Origin: Patescibacteria group bacterium
Lineage (GTDB): Bacteria > Patescibacteriota > Microgenomatia > PFEM01 > JBHPGO01
Assembly (NCBI GenBank): GCA_042570465.1
Contig: JBHPGO010000002.1
Span: 1-62,535 of the forward strand
Direction of reading: 5' to 3'
Length of the DNA: 62,535 bases
Part shown: positions 54,802-62,535 of the stretch, one piece after another
Position numbering within the stretch: the first letter of the stretch is position 1
Layout: each line of letters opens with the position of its first letter
Notes under the pieces: model-generated
What the model saw: only the letters and a program-made list of their open reading frames with translations
What the model was told of the DNA's origin: nothing
Database searches by the model: none
Position numbers and translations under genes: made by a program

Positions 54802-55652
54802 TAATTTACTCCTTTTCTTTCAAATTTTTTTAAAGCCTGTTCATAATGCTCGGGGTAAGAAATATCAAACCAAGATCCTTCAAAAAGATAGGCCGCCGCT
54901 TTTTTTGCCTTGACTAATTTCGGAAAAACATCTTTTTCCATCATCGCTGGTCTTTTTTTCGGAAAATATTTAAAAGCAACCTCTTCGAGAATATATATCC
55001 CGGCGTTGATTAAATTTGAATCCTGACGAGGTTTTGAGGGCTTTTCATCAAACTCCATCAAATCGATTCCCTTGGCCCGAACAATGCCGTGACGACGCGG
55101 GTCTTGAATCGTCGTCAAAGCTAAGGTAGCTAAATATTTATCTCCATTATGAAAGTCAATCATTGCTTGAAGATCAATATTACTCATCACGTCACCGTGG
55201 ATAACCAAAAACGGACCGTTTTTAAGATATTTCTTCGCCTTTAAGATCGCTCCCGCCGTTCCCAAGGGTCGAGGACCATCAAAAGAATAATTTAGACTAA
55301 CCCCAAAATCTTGACCATCCTTAAATTGTTTAACAATTTTTTCTGACAAGTGACCAACACAAATAACAATTTCATTGATGCCCGCTTGTTTGATTTGGTT
55401 TATCAGATGAGTCAAAAGGGGCTTACCTTTGAAAGGAATCAAAACATTGGGAATCTCATAAGTTAATGGCCGAAAATTAACTCCCGGACCACCGGCTAAA
55501 ATGACAGCCTGACGAACGGTTAGGGGAAGATTACTTTTAACCAAATATTCAATTGCGTGGGATCGATTACGGATTTTTTTACCGTCAATAAATGAATCAA
55601 CTCTTTTTAAAACTTGAGAATCTAAAGTAATGGTCAAGCGGTCTCTTTTCAT
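54801..55652 (-). CDS. ribbon-helix-helix domain fused to sugar-phosphate nucleotidyltransferase
   Basis: MKRDRLTITLDSQVLKRVDSFIDGKKIRNRSHAIEYLV (CopG/Arc-like RHH), then AVILAGGPGVNFRPLT...PNVLIPFKGKPLL (NTP-transferase). ATG at 55652. Confidence 0.75.
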   Translation of the reverse strand: MKRDRLTITLDSQVLKRVDSFIDGKKIRNRSHAIEYLVKSNLPLTVRQAVILAGGPGVNFRPLTYEIPNVLIPFKGKPLLTHLINQIKQAGINEIVICVGHLSEKIVKQFKDGQDFGVSLNYSFDGPRPLGTAGAILKAKKYLKNGPFLVIHGDVMSNIDLQAMIDFHNGDKYLATLALTTIQDPRRHGIVRAKGIDLMEFDEKPSKPRQDSNLINAGIYILEEVAFKYFPKKRPAMMEKDVFPKLVKAKKAAAYLFEGSWFDISYPEHYEQALKKFERKGVN

Positions 55653-55667
55653 CCAAAGGATTTTGAT

Positions 55668-55726
55668 TTGTATGATACTATCATACAATAATAACCAATG
55701 CTACAGAGGGTGAATTCTCTTGTCAA
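55668..55726 (-). promoter_or_regulatory. promoter plus perfect 21-bp operator palindrome upstream of the RHH-nucleotidyltransferase gene
   Basis: Minus strand: TTGACA (55721-55726), 17-nt spacer, TAGCAT (55698-55703). Then ttgtatgata-c-tatcatacaa (55668-55688), a 10-bp perfect inverted repeat. Confidence 0.65.
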
Positions 55727-55734
55727 GAGCCTTT

Positions 55735-56721
55735 TTAAAGAGACTTGAAGTGCTTTAAAGCAAAAAACTCGGAAAGCAAAACCTGAACTAATAAAACCAG
55801 CGGAATTGATAAAACTACTCCGACGACTCCGGCCAATTCAAAGCCAGTCGCCAAAGCCATTACTGAAACCAAAGGGTTTACCCCAACTCCCTTAGACATC
55901 ACTTGAGGCAAAATAAAACTGTTTTCGATTTGTTGAATTAAAAAGTATAAAGCCCCCACGGATAAGCCCATCAAAGGCGAAATCGCCAAACCAGTCAAGA
56001 TCGCCGGAATTGAGGCAATCGTTGGTCCAACGTTGGGAATTACTTCCAAAAGACCAGCCAAAAGGGCCAATGGCAAGGCAAACTCTATCCCTAAAAGCCT
56101 TAAGCCTAAATAAGACATTGCCCCAATCAAAACCATTAAAAATATTTGTGCCCTAACCCAACCCCCGAGTTTTTTTTCTAGTTCATCAACAAATTTTTTA
56201 GCCTTTTTTTCTCCGTCAGTTCCAAAAAGAAACAAAAGATAACGATCTAGCTTTTTTCTCTCGATCAAAAGATAGAAAACAACCACCGCCAAAATAAAAA
56301 CAGCTAAAAGATTATTGAACAAGCTGAAGGTTATTTTTAAAAGATTGGTTGGAATCGAACCTATTTGACCTAATTGAGTCGCCAAGAAATCCTGGTTAAT
56401 CCCGGATAATCCCGAAGTCCGAAAATAATCAGGTAAACGAGAAAGTAAAACAGCTGTTTGATCAATTAATGGCGGAATAATCCCGGCAATCACCAATCCC
56501 AATAACAAAAAGACCATTAAATAAACAAGTAAAATGGCCGCTATCCTGGGAATTCTCATTCTTTCCAGACGACTGACCGCCGGATTAAGAGCCGACATCA
56601 AAACTAAAGAAACAAAGAAAATAACCAGAATCTGCCGAATTTGATAAAGAATAAAAAGAGAGAGCAAGAAAAGCACGGTAAAGATTATCGTTCGATGGGA
56701 AATCTCAACCTTTCTTTGCAT
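55735..56721 (-). CDS. AI-2E family transporter (PerM/UPF0118)
   Basis: 328 aa, 7-8 TM helices, LLEVIPNVGPTIASIP motif region. Confidence 0.8.
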   Translation of the reverse strand: MQRKVEISHRTIIFTVLFLLSLFILYQIRQILVIFFVSLVLMSALNPAVSRLERMRIPRIAAILLVYLMVFLLLGLVIAGIIPPLIDQTAVLLSRLPDYFRTSGLSGINQDFLATQLGQIGSIPTNLLKITFSLFNNLLAVFILAVVVFYLLIERKKLDRYLLFLFGTDGEKKAKKFVDELEKKLGGWVRAQIFLMVLIGAMSYLGLRLLGIEFALPLALLAGLLEVIPNVGPTIASIPAILTGLAISPLMGLSVGALYFLIQQIENSFILPQVMSKGVGVNPLVSVMALATGFELAGVVGVVLSIPLVLLVQVLLSEFFALKHFKSL

Positions 56722-57724
56722 TGTTTTTATTGTACCATCGGCTAGCTAATCGTTCAACTTCCAACTGCCAGTTTTTTTGACTAATATCAAACCACTTAAT
56801 TCCAAATTGCTTTTTGAACCAGGTCATTTGCCTTCTGGCATAACCATGCTCAGCAAACTTCCATTTTTGGATAATTTCTTCTTTTGCCTTTGAACCTTTG
56901 AAATATTCTTCCCACTGACGATATCCCAAAGTGTTACCTAAAGCCGAATTTTTCCAGCCATAACCCTGTTTTAGCAACTTTTCAATTTCTCCCTCAATTC
57001 CCTGCTCAATTCTTTTTTCCACCCTTTGGTCAATCCTTTGGTAGAGATATTGGTTGTCCGCCCTCAAGCCAATCATTAAACTCTGACTTGCTTTTAGTTT
57101 AAAATTATCATTTTGCATTTTGCATTTTGCATTTTGCATTTTTTTAGCTATCTCTATCCCCCTGATTAACCTTCTCGGATTCTGCCTGTCCGACTCGTTC
57201 ATCTTTTGAAGTTTTTCAAAATCGAGACGACGCAATTCATTTCTTAATTTCTCAATTTCTAAATTACTTAATTTCTCTCGTAACTTCCAGTCCGGCTTAA
57301 CCCCAACTGTTTCTACTCCTTTAATCAAAGCCTTAATGTAAAACCCCGTTCCCCCAACTACTATTGGCAATTTGCCCCGCCGCCAAATATCTTCAACCAC
57401 AGCTTGAGCGCAAACTAAATAGTCCGCCACCGAAAATTGATAGTCTGGCCTGACCACATCCAAAAGCCAAACCCTTACATTGTCAAGTTTATAAAAACCA
57501 ATTTGAAATTTGTGATTGGTTTTATTTGAAATTGATTTGCTTATTTGAAATTTGCTTATTTGCTTATTGATATCCTTGCCCGTCCCAATATCCATTCCTT
57601 GATAAACTTGCCTCGAATCAGCCGAAACAATTTCGCCATTGAATTTCTTGGCCAACCCAACTCCCAAACCAGTTTTGCCAGTCGCTGTCGGGCCACAAAT
57701 TATCAAAAGATCTCCTGTCTTCAT
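56705..57724 (-). CDS. miaA: tRNA dimethylallyltransferase with low-complexity insertions
   Basis: ICGPTATGKTGLG P-loop, SADSRQVYQGMDIGT, GGTGFYIKAL. Confidence 0.9.
   Translation of the reverse strand: MKTGDLLIICGPTATGKTGLGVGLAKKFNGEIVSADSRQVYQGMDIGTGKDINKQISKFQISKSISNKTNHKFQIGFYKLDNVRVWLLDVVRPDYQFSVADYLVCAQAVVEDIWRRGKLPIVVGGTGFYIKALIKGVETVGVKPDWKLREKLSNLEIEKLRNELRRLDFEKLQKMNESDRQNPRRLIRGIEIAKKMQNAKCKMQNDNFKLKASQSLMIGLRADNQYLYQRIDQRVEKRIEQGIEGEIEKLLKQGYGWKNSALGNTLGYRQWEEYFKGSKAKEEIIQKWKFAEHGYARRQMTWFKKQFGIKWFDISQKNWQLEVERLASRWYNKNNAKKG
57109..57143. repeat. heptanucleotide tandem repeat inside miaA
   Basis: cattttg x4 plus cattttt, encoding KKMQNAKCKMQND. Confidence 0.9.
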
Positions 57725-57821
57725 AGGAGATATTATACAAGATATCCAAAAGGGATTCTTTTACTACTGACTCGGGGTATTTTCCTCAACCAAGATATGA
57801 TAATATTTAATAAGTATTAAA

Positions 57822-58400
57822 GTGCAAAAAACAATCGAAAACTTAACCAAAGCCTTTATTGGTGAAAGCCAAGCCCGAAACCGTTATTCTTTTTATGCCA
57901 AGATAGCCAAAAAAGAAGGCTTTGAGCAAATTGCTGAAATTTTTTTGATCACCGCCGAAAACGAGAAAGAGCACGCTAAAAGACTCTTTGAACATTTAGT
58001 GGAACTAACCGGAAAGAAAAAAATCAATCAGGTGATGGTTGAGGCTGAAGCACCAGTTGTTTTTGGCAAAACCGCCGAAAATTTAGCTGCCGCCATCAAG
58101 GGCGAAAACTACGAGCACACCCAAATGTATCCGGAATTTGCTAAAGTGGCTCAAGATGAAGGTCTGCCTAGAATTGCCGCCAGGCTTAGAGCCATCGCTA
58201 TCGCTGAAAAACATCACGAAGAAAGATACCAGAAACTCCTTAAGGAAGTTGAATCTGGAACTGTTTTTAAGAAGAAAAAGGCAGTTTGGTGGGTTTGTCT
58301 GGAGTGTGGTTATGTTTCTTTCGGAAAGCAACCACTAAAAGTTTGTCCTTCCTGTGACCATTCACAAGCTTATTACCAACTCCAATGCGAAAAGTACTAG
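57822..58400 (+). CDS. rbr: rubrerythrin
   Basis: Ferritin-like diiron motifs ([37 protein letters not shown]). C-terminal rubredoxin-like CLECG...CPSC. GTG start. Confidence 0.85.
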   Translation: MQKTIENLTKAFIGESQARNRYSFYAKIAKKEGFEQIAEIFLITAENEKEHAKRLFEHLVELTGKKKINQVMVEAEAPVVFGKTAENLAAAIKGENYEHTQMYPEFAKVAQDEGLPRIAARLRAIAIAEKHHEERYQKLLKEVESGTVFKKKKAVWWVCLECGYVSFGKQPLKVCPSCDHSQAYYQLQCEKY

Positions 58401-58416
58401 AAAACAAACAACGAAC

Positions 58417-58818
58417 ATGATTGAAATTAAACAGATCTACAAATGCAATATTTGCGGCAACGTGGTAGAAGTTCTTCATGATGGTGTCGGCTCTTTGATT
58501 TGCTGTAATCAACCAATGGTTCTTTTAAAAGAAAAAACTGAGGATGAAGGTCAGGAAAAACATCTCCCCGTAATTGAAAGAAAAGAAAATAAAGCTAAGG
58601 TAAAAGTCAGCTCAACACCCCACCCAATGGAAGAAAAACATTATATTCAATGGATTGAACTTAGCGTCAATGACCAGCGAATTCGCCAATACTTGACACC
58701 TAAAAACAAACCAGAAACTGAGTTTGAAATTCAATCTGACCTGCCAAAAGGCACCCAAATAAGGCTGGAAGCCAGACAATACTGCAACCTTCATGGTCTC
58801 TGGAAAAGCAAAAACTAA
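58417..58818 (+). CDS. dfx: desulfoferrodoxin-type superoxide reductase
   Basis: N-terminal YKCNICGNVVEV...LICC (desulforedoxin-like), then KHLPVI, HPMEEKHYIQWIEL, CNLHGLW. ATG at 58417. Confidence 0.85.
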   Translation: MIEIKQIYKCNICGNVVEVLHDGVGSLICCNQPMVLLKEKTEDEGQEKHLPVIERKENKAKVKVSSTPHPMEEKHYIQWIELSVNDQRIRQYLTPKNKPETEFEIQSDLPKGTQIRLEARQYCNLHGLWKSKN

Positions 58819-58822
58819 AGAT

Positions 58823-59308
58823 ATGAGTCAAAAAGATAGTCTTGACCCAATTTCTCAGAAAGTTCAAGATGCCCTCAATCGTTTGAATATTGAATCTCGA
58901 ATTATTAAGTTAAAAAAGCCAGCTCGGACCGCTCTCGAAGCCGCTGAAGCTTTAAATTGTCAGCTTGGCCAAATCGCCAAATCCTTGGTTTTTAGGGGCA
59001 AAGAAACCCAAAAACCTTTTTTACTTATCGTCAGCGGGGTTAATCATGTCAGCGAACCGGGGATGAACCATAGATTGGGTGAGGCAATCGAAATCGCCAA
59101 TCCGAACTATGTTCAAGAAAAAACCGGGTTTGCTATCGGCGGCGTCCCTCCTCTTGGTCACATTCAACCAATCATAACTTTCCTTGATCAAGACCTTTTT
59201 CGCCACCAAGAAATTTGGGCTGCCGGCGGCACACCTCAAACAGTTTTTAAAATTACTCCCAAACAACTGGAACAATTCACTCAAGGAGAAATTGTTAAAA
59301 TTGTTTGA
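58823..59308 (+). CDS. YbaK/EbsC family aminoacyl-tRNA deacylase-like
   Basis: GQIAKSLVFRGKE...LLIVSG ... GFAIGGVPPLGH ... IWAAGG. Confidence 0.65.
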   Translation: MSQKDSLDPISQKVQDALNRLNIESRIIKLKKPARTALEAAEALNCQLGQIAKSLVFRGKETQKPFLLIVSGVNHVSEPGMNHRLGEAIEIANPNYVQEKTGFAIGGVPPLGHIQPIITFLDQDLFRHQEIWAAGGTPQTVFKITPKQLEQFTQGEIVKIV

Positions 59309-59317
59309 AGAACTGAC

Positions 59318-60532
59318 TTACTTATTAATCATTTTATCAAGTAATCGCCACCTTCTTCGTTTCTCTGCCGGAGAAACATTATCTTTTAACTTAGTCGCCG
59401 CCGTGCCGGGACGAGGTGAATAGCGAGCCACATAAACCTTACTGAAACCAACTTTTTGGCAAAGCTTAACCGTATTTTCAAAGGCCTTTTTAGTTTCTCC
59501 GGGAAAACCGACAATAATATCGGTACCGATTTTGATATCCGGAATTTTTTTCCTGATTTTTTCGACCAATTTTATGTATTGTGCGGCAGAATAACCCCGA
59601 TTCATTTTTTTCAGAATTTCATCATCACCGGATTGGACCGGCAAATGCAAATAGCGATCAATTTTCGGCAAGGTCATTGCCTTGATAATCTCATCCGTCA
59701 AATCCCAAGGATTTGAAGTCAAAAATGAAATTTTTTCAATTTCTTTAATTTTATGAAGACTTTTTAGCAATTTAGCAAACTGCCCCTGATACCGATAAAC
59801 TAGTTTATCGGTATTAACTTTAACCCGTTTTTCTTTTGTTTTAGCTGGTTTTTTTACTGATCTAGTGAGAAAATCTTTACCATAACTATTAACGTTCTGG
59901 CCGATGAGAGTGATTTGTCGGTAACCCTGATTGGCTAATTCTTCAACCTCACAAACAATTTCTTCAAATGAACGGCTGATTTCCTTTTCTCTGGCAAAAG
60001 GAACCACGCAGTAAGAGCAAAAATGACTACAACCTTCCATGATCGGCACCAAGGCGCTGGTAGTCTTTAATCGCTTGGGCTTAACTGTTTTTTTCCCAAG
60101 CAATTCATTGATCGCTTTAAATCCATCGACCCGAGGAAGCCTTAATTTTAACTGGCGCATGGTGTAGCGACGCCTTTTGCCTTTAGCTGAACCGACCATG
60201 CAACCGGTCAAAACAATCTTTGGTTTTTTACCCTTCCACCCCTTCGGGATCACTCCAGTCCACCGATTCAAGGGATCTTCCAAGGAGTTCTTTGAGCCTT
60301 TGGGCCTTTGTACCTCTGTACCTTTTTTAATAAGATTATTTACTAATCCAAAAACGCGGTTTTCAGCAGACTCCCGAACAGAACAAGTATTAATAATAAT
60401 TTCATCAGCTTCCTCAATCCTTTTGGCAATCCGATAGCCTCTATTTTCCATCACCGCGGCCAAACGCTCACTATCGGCTTCATTAGCCGCACACCCAAAA
60501 GTTTTGATAAAGTAGGTTAGTGGTTTTGGCAT
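59318..60532 (-). CDS. miaB: MiaB-family radical SAM methylthiotransferase with insertions and no TRAM domain
   Basis: UPF0004 N-domain (FIKTFGCAANEADSE), radical SAM EGCSHFCSYCVVP, YSPRPGTAA. It ends about 25 aa after that motif. ATG at 60532. Confidence 0.8.
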   Translation of the reverse strand: MPKPLTYFIKTFGCAANEADSERLAAVMENRGYRIAKRIEEADEIIINTCSVRESAENRVFGLVNNLIKKGTEVQRPKGSKNSLEDPLNRWTGVIPKGWKGKKPKIVLTGCMVGSAKGKRRRYTMRQLKLRLPRVDGFKAINELLGKKTVKPKRLKTTSALVPIMEGCSHFCSYCVVPFAREKEISRSFEEIVCEVEELANQGYRQITLIGQNVNSYGKDFLTRSVKKPAKTKEKRVKVNTDKLVYRYQGQFAKLLKSLHKIKEIEKISFLTSNPWDLTDEIIKAMTLPKIDRYLHLPVQSGDDEILKKMNRGYSAAQYIKLVEKIRKKIPDIKIGTDIIVGFPGETKKAFENTVKLCQKVGFSKVYVARYSPRPGTAATKLKDNVSPAEKRRRWRLLDKMINK

Positions 60533-60684
60533 CAAAAACCCTCCTTGAACTGGATTATCGCCCGCCTGAATTGCAATGGGCACCCAAAAGTCTTGATATA
60601 ATATTTCATACCTGTATTATACTGGGAAACAGCGATAAATGGAAAAAAATCGTGGAAGATTTATTATGTGCTAAACTTTAAAAA

Positions 60685-61137
60685 GTGAAATCACATTCTT
60701 TAAACGGCCATCGGTTAGTTTTTACCAAGGGTAAACATAATCTTCTCCATTGGATAGTCGTCTTAATTATCCGCTTGACTAAATTCATCATCTTTGTTCC
60801 CCTTGGCCTTTACCTAATAGCCATCGGCTATTCCCTTTCAATCAAAACCATTGGTCGCTTTATCCCAGATGATCTTTCTTCAAACATTATCATTGCCTCT
60901 GACCGACTTCCATTTTTTGAACAAATTTTAAATCTGATTTTTTCTCAGCTTGGAGATTGGTATTTAAAAGCTTCTGTCTGGATCACGATGGTCATTGGCC
61001 TGCCATTGATCACTGTCGGCTTCATCGTTATCGCCACAGTATTTTTCGACCTTTACTACGCTCTCTTTGTTCCTGAATTTCACCAAACCCACTGCCCTTT
61101 TTGCAAATACCCGATCAAGATAAGAAAGAAACAATAA
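60685..61137 (+). CDS. hypothetical membrane protein
   Basis: 150 aa with 3-4 hydrophobic helices and a C-terminal HCPFC. GTG start. Confidence 0.45.
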   Translation: MKSHSLNGHRLVFTKGKHNLLHWIVVLIIRLTKFIIFVPLGLYLIAIGYSLSIKTIGRFIPDDLSSNIIIASDRLPFFEQILNLIFSQLGDWYLKASVWITMVIGLPLITVGFIVIATVFFDLYYALFVPEFHQTHCPFCKYPIKIRKKQ

Positions 61138-61198
61138 AGATAACTCTTCCCCTTTCTTATTTTTCAAATTCAATAAATAATTGTCTGTCTTTCAAAAA

Positions 61199-61240
61199 CC
61201 TTTAAAATAGATGCCACGATCGTAGTATCTATTTTAAAGG
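61199..61240. repeat. nested-palindrome repeat, copy 2 of 2
   Basis: cctttaaaatagat-gccacgatcgtagt-atctattttaaagg, a perfect 14-bp stem. Confidence 0.85.
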
Positions 61241-61301
61241 ATTAGTTAGTAAATAGTTTGTCTTTTCTGTTTCAATCACAATTCATCAAAATTATCATTT
61301 A

Positions 61302-62096
61302 CTAACTGGAGGCTGAAGAATACCGCCTTAGGGCATAGCGCCAAAAACGAAGCGAGGCCCAGAGAAAAACACCCCCCGCAAAAAGAGACAACAGTATCCA
61401 CGGCCAGGAGAGAACTCCAAGCAAGGCCTTGGCCGGCACCGTAATCAAAACCACTACCGGAATAGTAAAAGTTAAAACAAACCTGATCCCTTTTTGGTAA
61501 ATATCGGTTGGAAAGCGAGCCATGCTGGTTAAGTCCCGATAAACCCAAACTAAATGATCAATCTCAAGAGTAATAACTCCCACTGCACAAACAAAAAGAT
61601 GAAAGGCAAAAGAGATCACTAAACTATTTAACATCAGCACTAAAAATATAAAAAACTGAAAAACGCCTGCCGAAAGTTGATGGTGAAAAACAAACCAAAA
61701 AATATAAACCGATAAAGGCACTAAGGTAATGATGTCTAAAATATCTGTCCAACGGAAAACTGCTGAGAAAGATGAGGGCAAGGGTTTCAATAAATCTAAA
61801 TCATAATTACCGGAGACAATCCGAAAACGGAATTGGTAAACTCCTCGAAATAATACTTGGGCTAAAACGTCAACCAAATTAAAAACAAGAAAAAAGAAAA
61901 TTACCTGCTCTTTATTCAAACCAGCCAAAGATTTAGATGAAGATAAAATGGTGAATAAAAAAACAAAAAATATTAAAAATCTAACTATTTTGCCGATGAT
62001 AAAAAGGGCTCCGGCCCAGCTAGTTAAAAGCTGAGATTGAGCCGCCCGAGAGGTCATCTTTAACCAAACTTTGATGTATTTTTTTAGATTTTTCAT
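61302..62096 (-). CDS. ABC-2-type transporter permease-like membrane protein
   Basis: About 6 TM helices. ATG at 62096 (MKNLKKYIKVWLKM) is preferred; the upstream extension of the track ORF is encoded by a GC-rich repeat. Confidence 0.6.
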   Translation of the reverse strand: MKNLKKYIKVWLKMTSRAAQSQLLTSWAGALFIIGKIVRFLIFFVFLFTILSSSKSLAGLNKEQVIFFFLVFNLVDVLAQVLFRGVYQFRFRIVSGNYDLDLLKPLPSSFSAVFRWTDILDIITLVPLSVYIFWFVFHHQLSAGVFQFFIFLVLMLNSLVISFAFHLFVCAVGVITLEIDHLVWVYRDLTSMARFPTDIYQKGIRFVLTFTIPVVVLITVPAKALLGVLSWPWILLSLFAGGVFLWASLRFWRYALRRYSSASS

Positions 62097-62115
62097 TTTA
62101 GACTTTCTTCCTGTC

Positions 62116-62157
62116 TCCCTCCACCCCGGGGGAAGGCATTCGCCCACCCCCGGGGTG
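62116..62157. repeat. GC-rich CCACCCCGGGG-type repeat, intergenic copy
   Basis: tccaccccgggggaaggc...cccacccccggggtg matches the element inside pgk at 50322-50370. Confidence 0.8.
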
Positions 62158-62165
62158 ATTCGATA

Positions 62166-62535
62166 CTACCCTCCATAAGCACCATAATTCTTAACTCCTT
62201 TTTGCCAAAGCCATTTAGCCAAAAAGTAAAAAACTACCAGCCAAAGACTACAAACAATGATGGCTTTGTAAATTAAAATCAAGGATAGTTGCTCTAACCA
62301 TACCTTAAGCGGGAAAAATACCAAATAAGGAAACGGGGTCAGATATATGATTCTAGACAGCCAAGAAGGTAGAACATCAATTGGGAAAAAGGCTCCGGCC
62401 AAAAATTCTAAAAAAACAATTCCAAAAAGCCAACGAGTGGCCCAAATTTCTTCAGACCAAAAAGCCGTCACTGAGATAAAGACACTTAAAAAGAAAATTA
62501 CCTGCTCTTTATTCAAACCAGCCAAAGATTTAGAT
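62166..62535 (-). CDS. ABC-2-type transporter permease-like protein, 5' end beyond the right window edge
   Basis: The frame stays open to the window edge (...SKSLAGLNKEQVIFF...). Paralogue of 61302..62096, sharing an identical 48-nt block. Confidence 0.6.
   Translation of the reverse strand, partial: SKSLAGLNKEQVIFFLSVFISVTAFWSEEIWATRWLFGIVFLEFLAGAFFPIDVLPSWLSRIIYLTPFPYLVFFPLKVWLEQLSLILIYKAIIVCSLWLVVFYFLAKWLWQKGVKNYGAYGG

Noticed and set aside
1-62535. Considered an alternative genetic code (UGA recoding), as in some candidate-phyla bacteria.
   Set aside because: Long conserved genes terminate cleanly at TGA, TAA and TAG at their expected ends, for example copA at the TGA at 20857-20859. 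No conserved protein is broken by in-frame TGA.

Overview
AT-rich, gene-dense bacterial window, standard genetic code. The content points to a small-genome Patescibacteria/CPR (Microgenomates-like) organism; this is inference only. Supporting content: a type IV pilus cluster with many prepilin-like genes, a compact glycolysis/gluconeogenesis block, receiver-only two-component proteins, Avd-like four-helix-bundle genes, a group-3-like [NiFe] hydrogenase, and insertions in housekeeping proteins.

Layout:
- 1-4.6 kb: truncated comM, a RelE/Phd toxin-antitoxin pair, small accessory genes.
- 4.6-8.3 kb: sortase-type surface protein, galU-like, greA-like, Crp/Fnr.
- 8.4-11.3 kb: two unannotated tandem small membrane peptides beside an ABC exporter.
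- 11.5-16.2 kb: hypC, a DMT transporter, a HypC-like fusion, a fused small+large [NiFe] hydrogenase, an aldo/keto reductase.
- 17.6-29 kb: three accessory cassettes, each bracketed by copies of a GC-rich hairpin repeat. Cassette 1 is a Firmicute/archaeal-like DUF2202/DUF5320/DUF134 segment. Cassette 2 is a csoR-copA copper operon. Cassette 3 holds beta-propeller and unknown genes.
- 29-40.6 kb: type IV pilus operon plus a kinase/receiver pair.
- 40.8-45.7 kb: GlcG, a YrdC-like protein, an HMGL-like protein and a swivel-first aconitase-family fusion.
- 46-48.4 kb: phosphorelay-like set.
- 48.4-55.7 kb: uppP, RNase P RNA, pgk-gap-fba-fbp and an RHH-nucleotidyltransferase.
- 55.7-62.5 kb: perM, miaA, rbr, dfx, ybaK, miaB, ABC-2 permease paralogues.

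The most unusual signals are architectural:
- Several families of short GC-rich palindromic repeats. One family delimits cassettes and truncates a gene. Others sit in frame inside pgk, uppP and miaB, as Rickettsia palindromic elements do.
- Stutter-type micro-repeats in spacers and in miaA.

I saw no CRISPR array, rRNA, tRNA, transposase or integrase.
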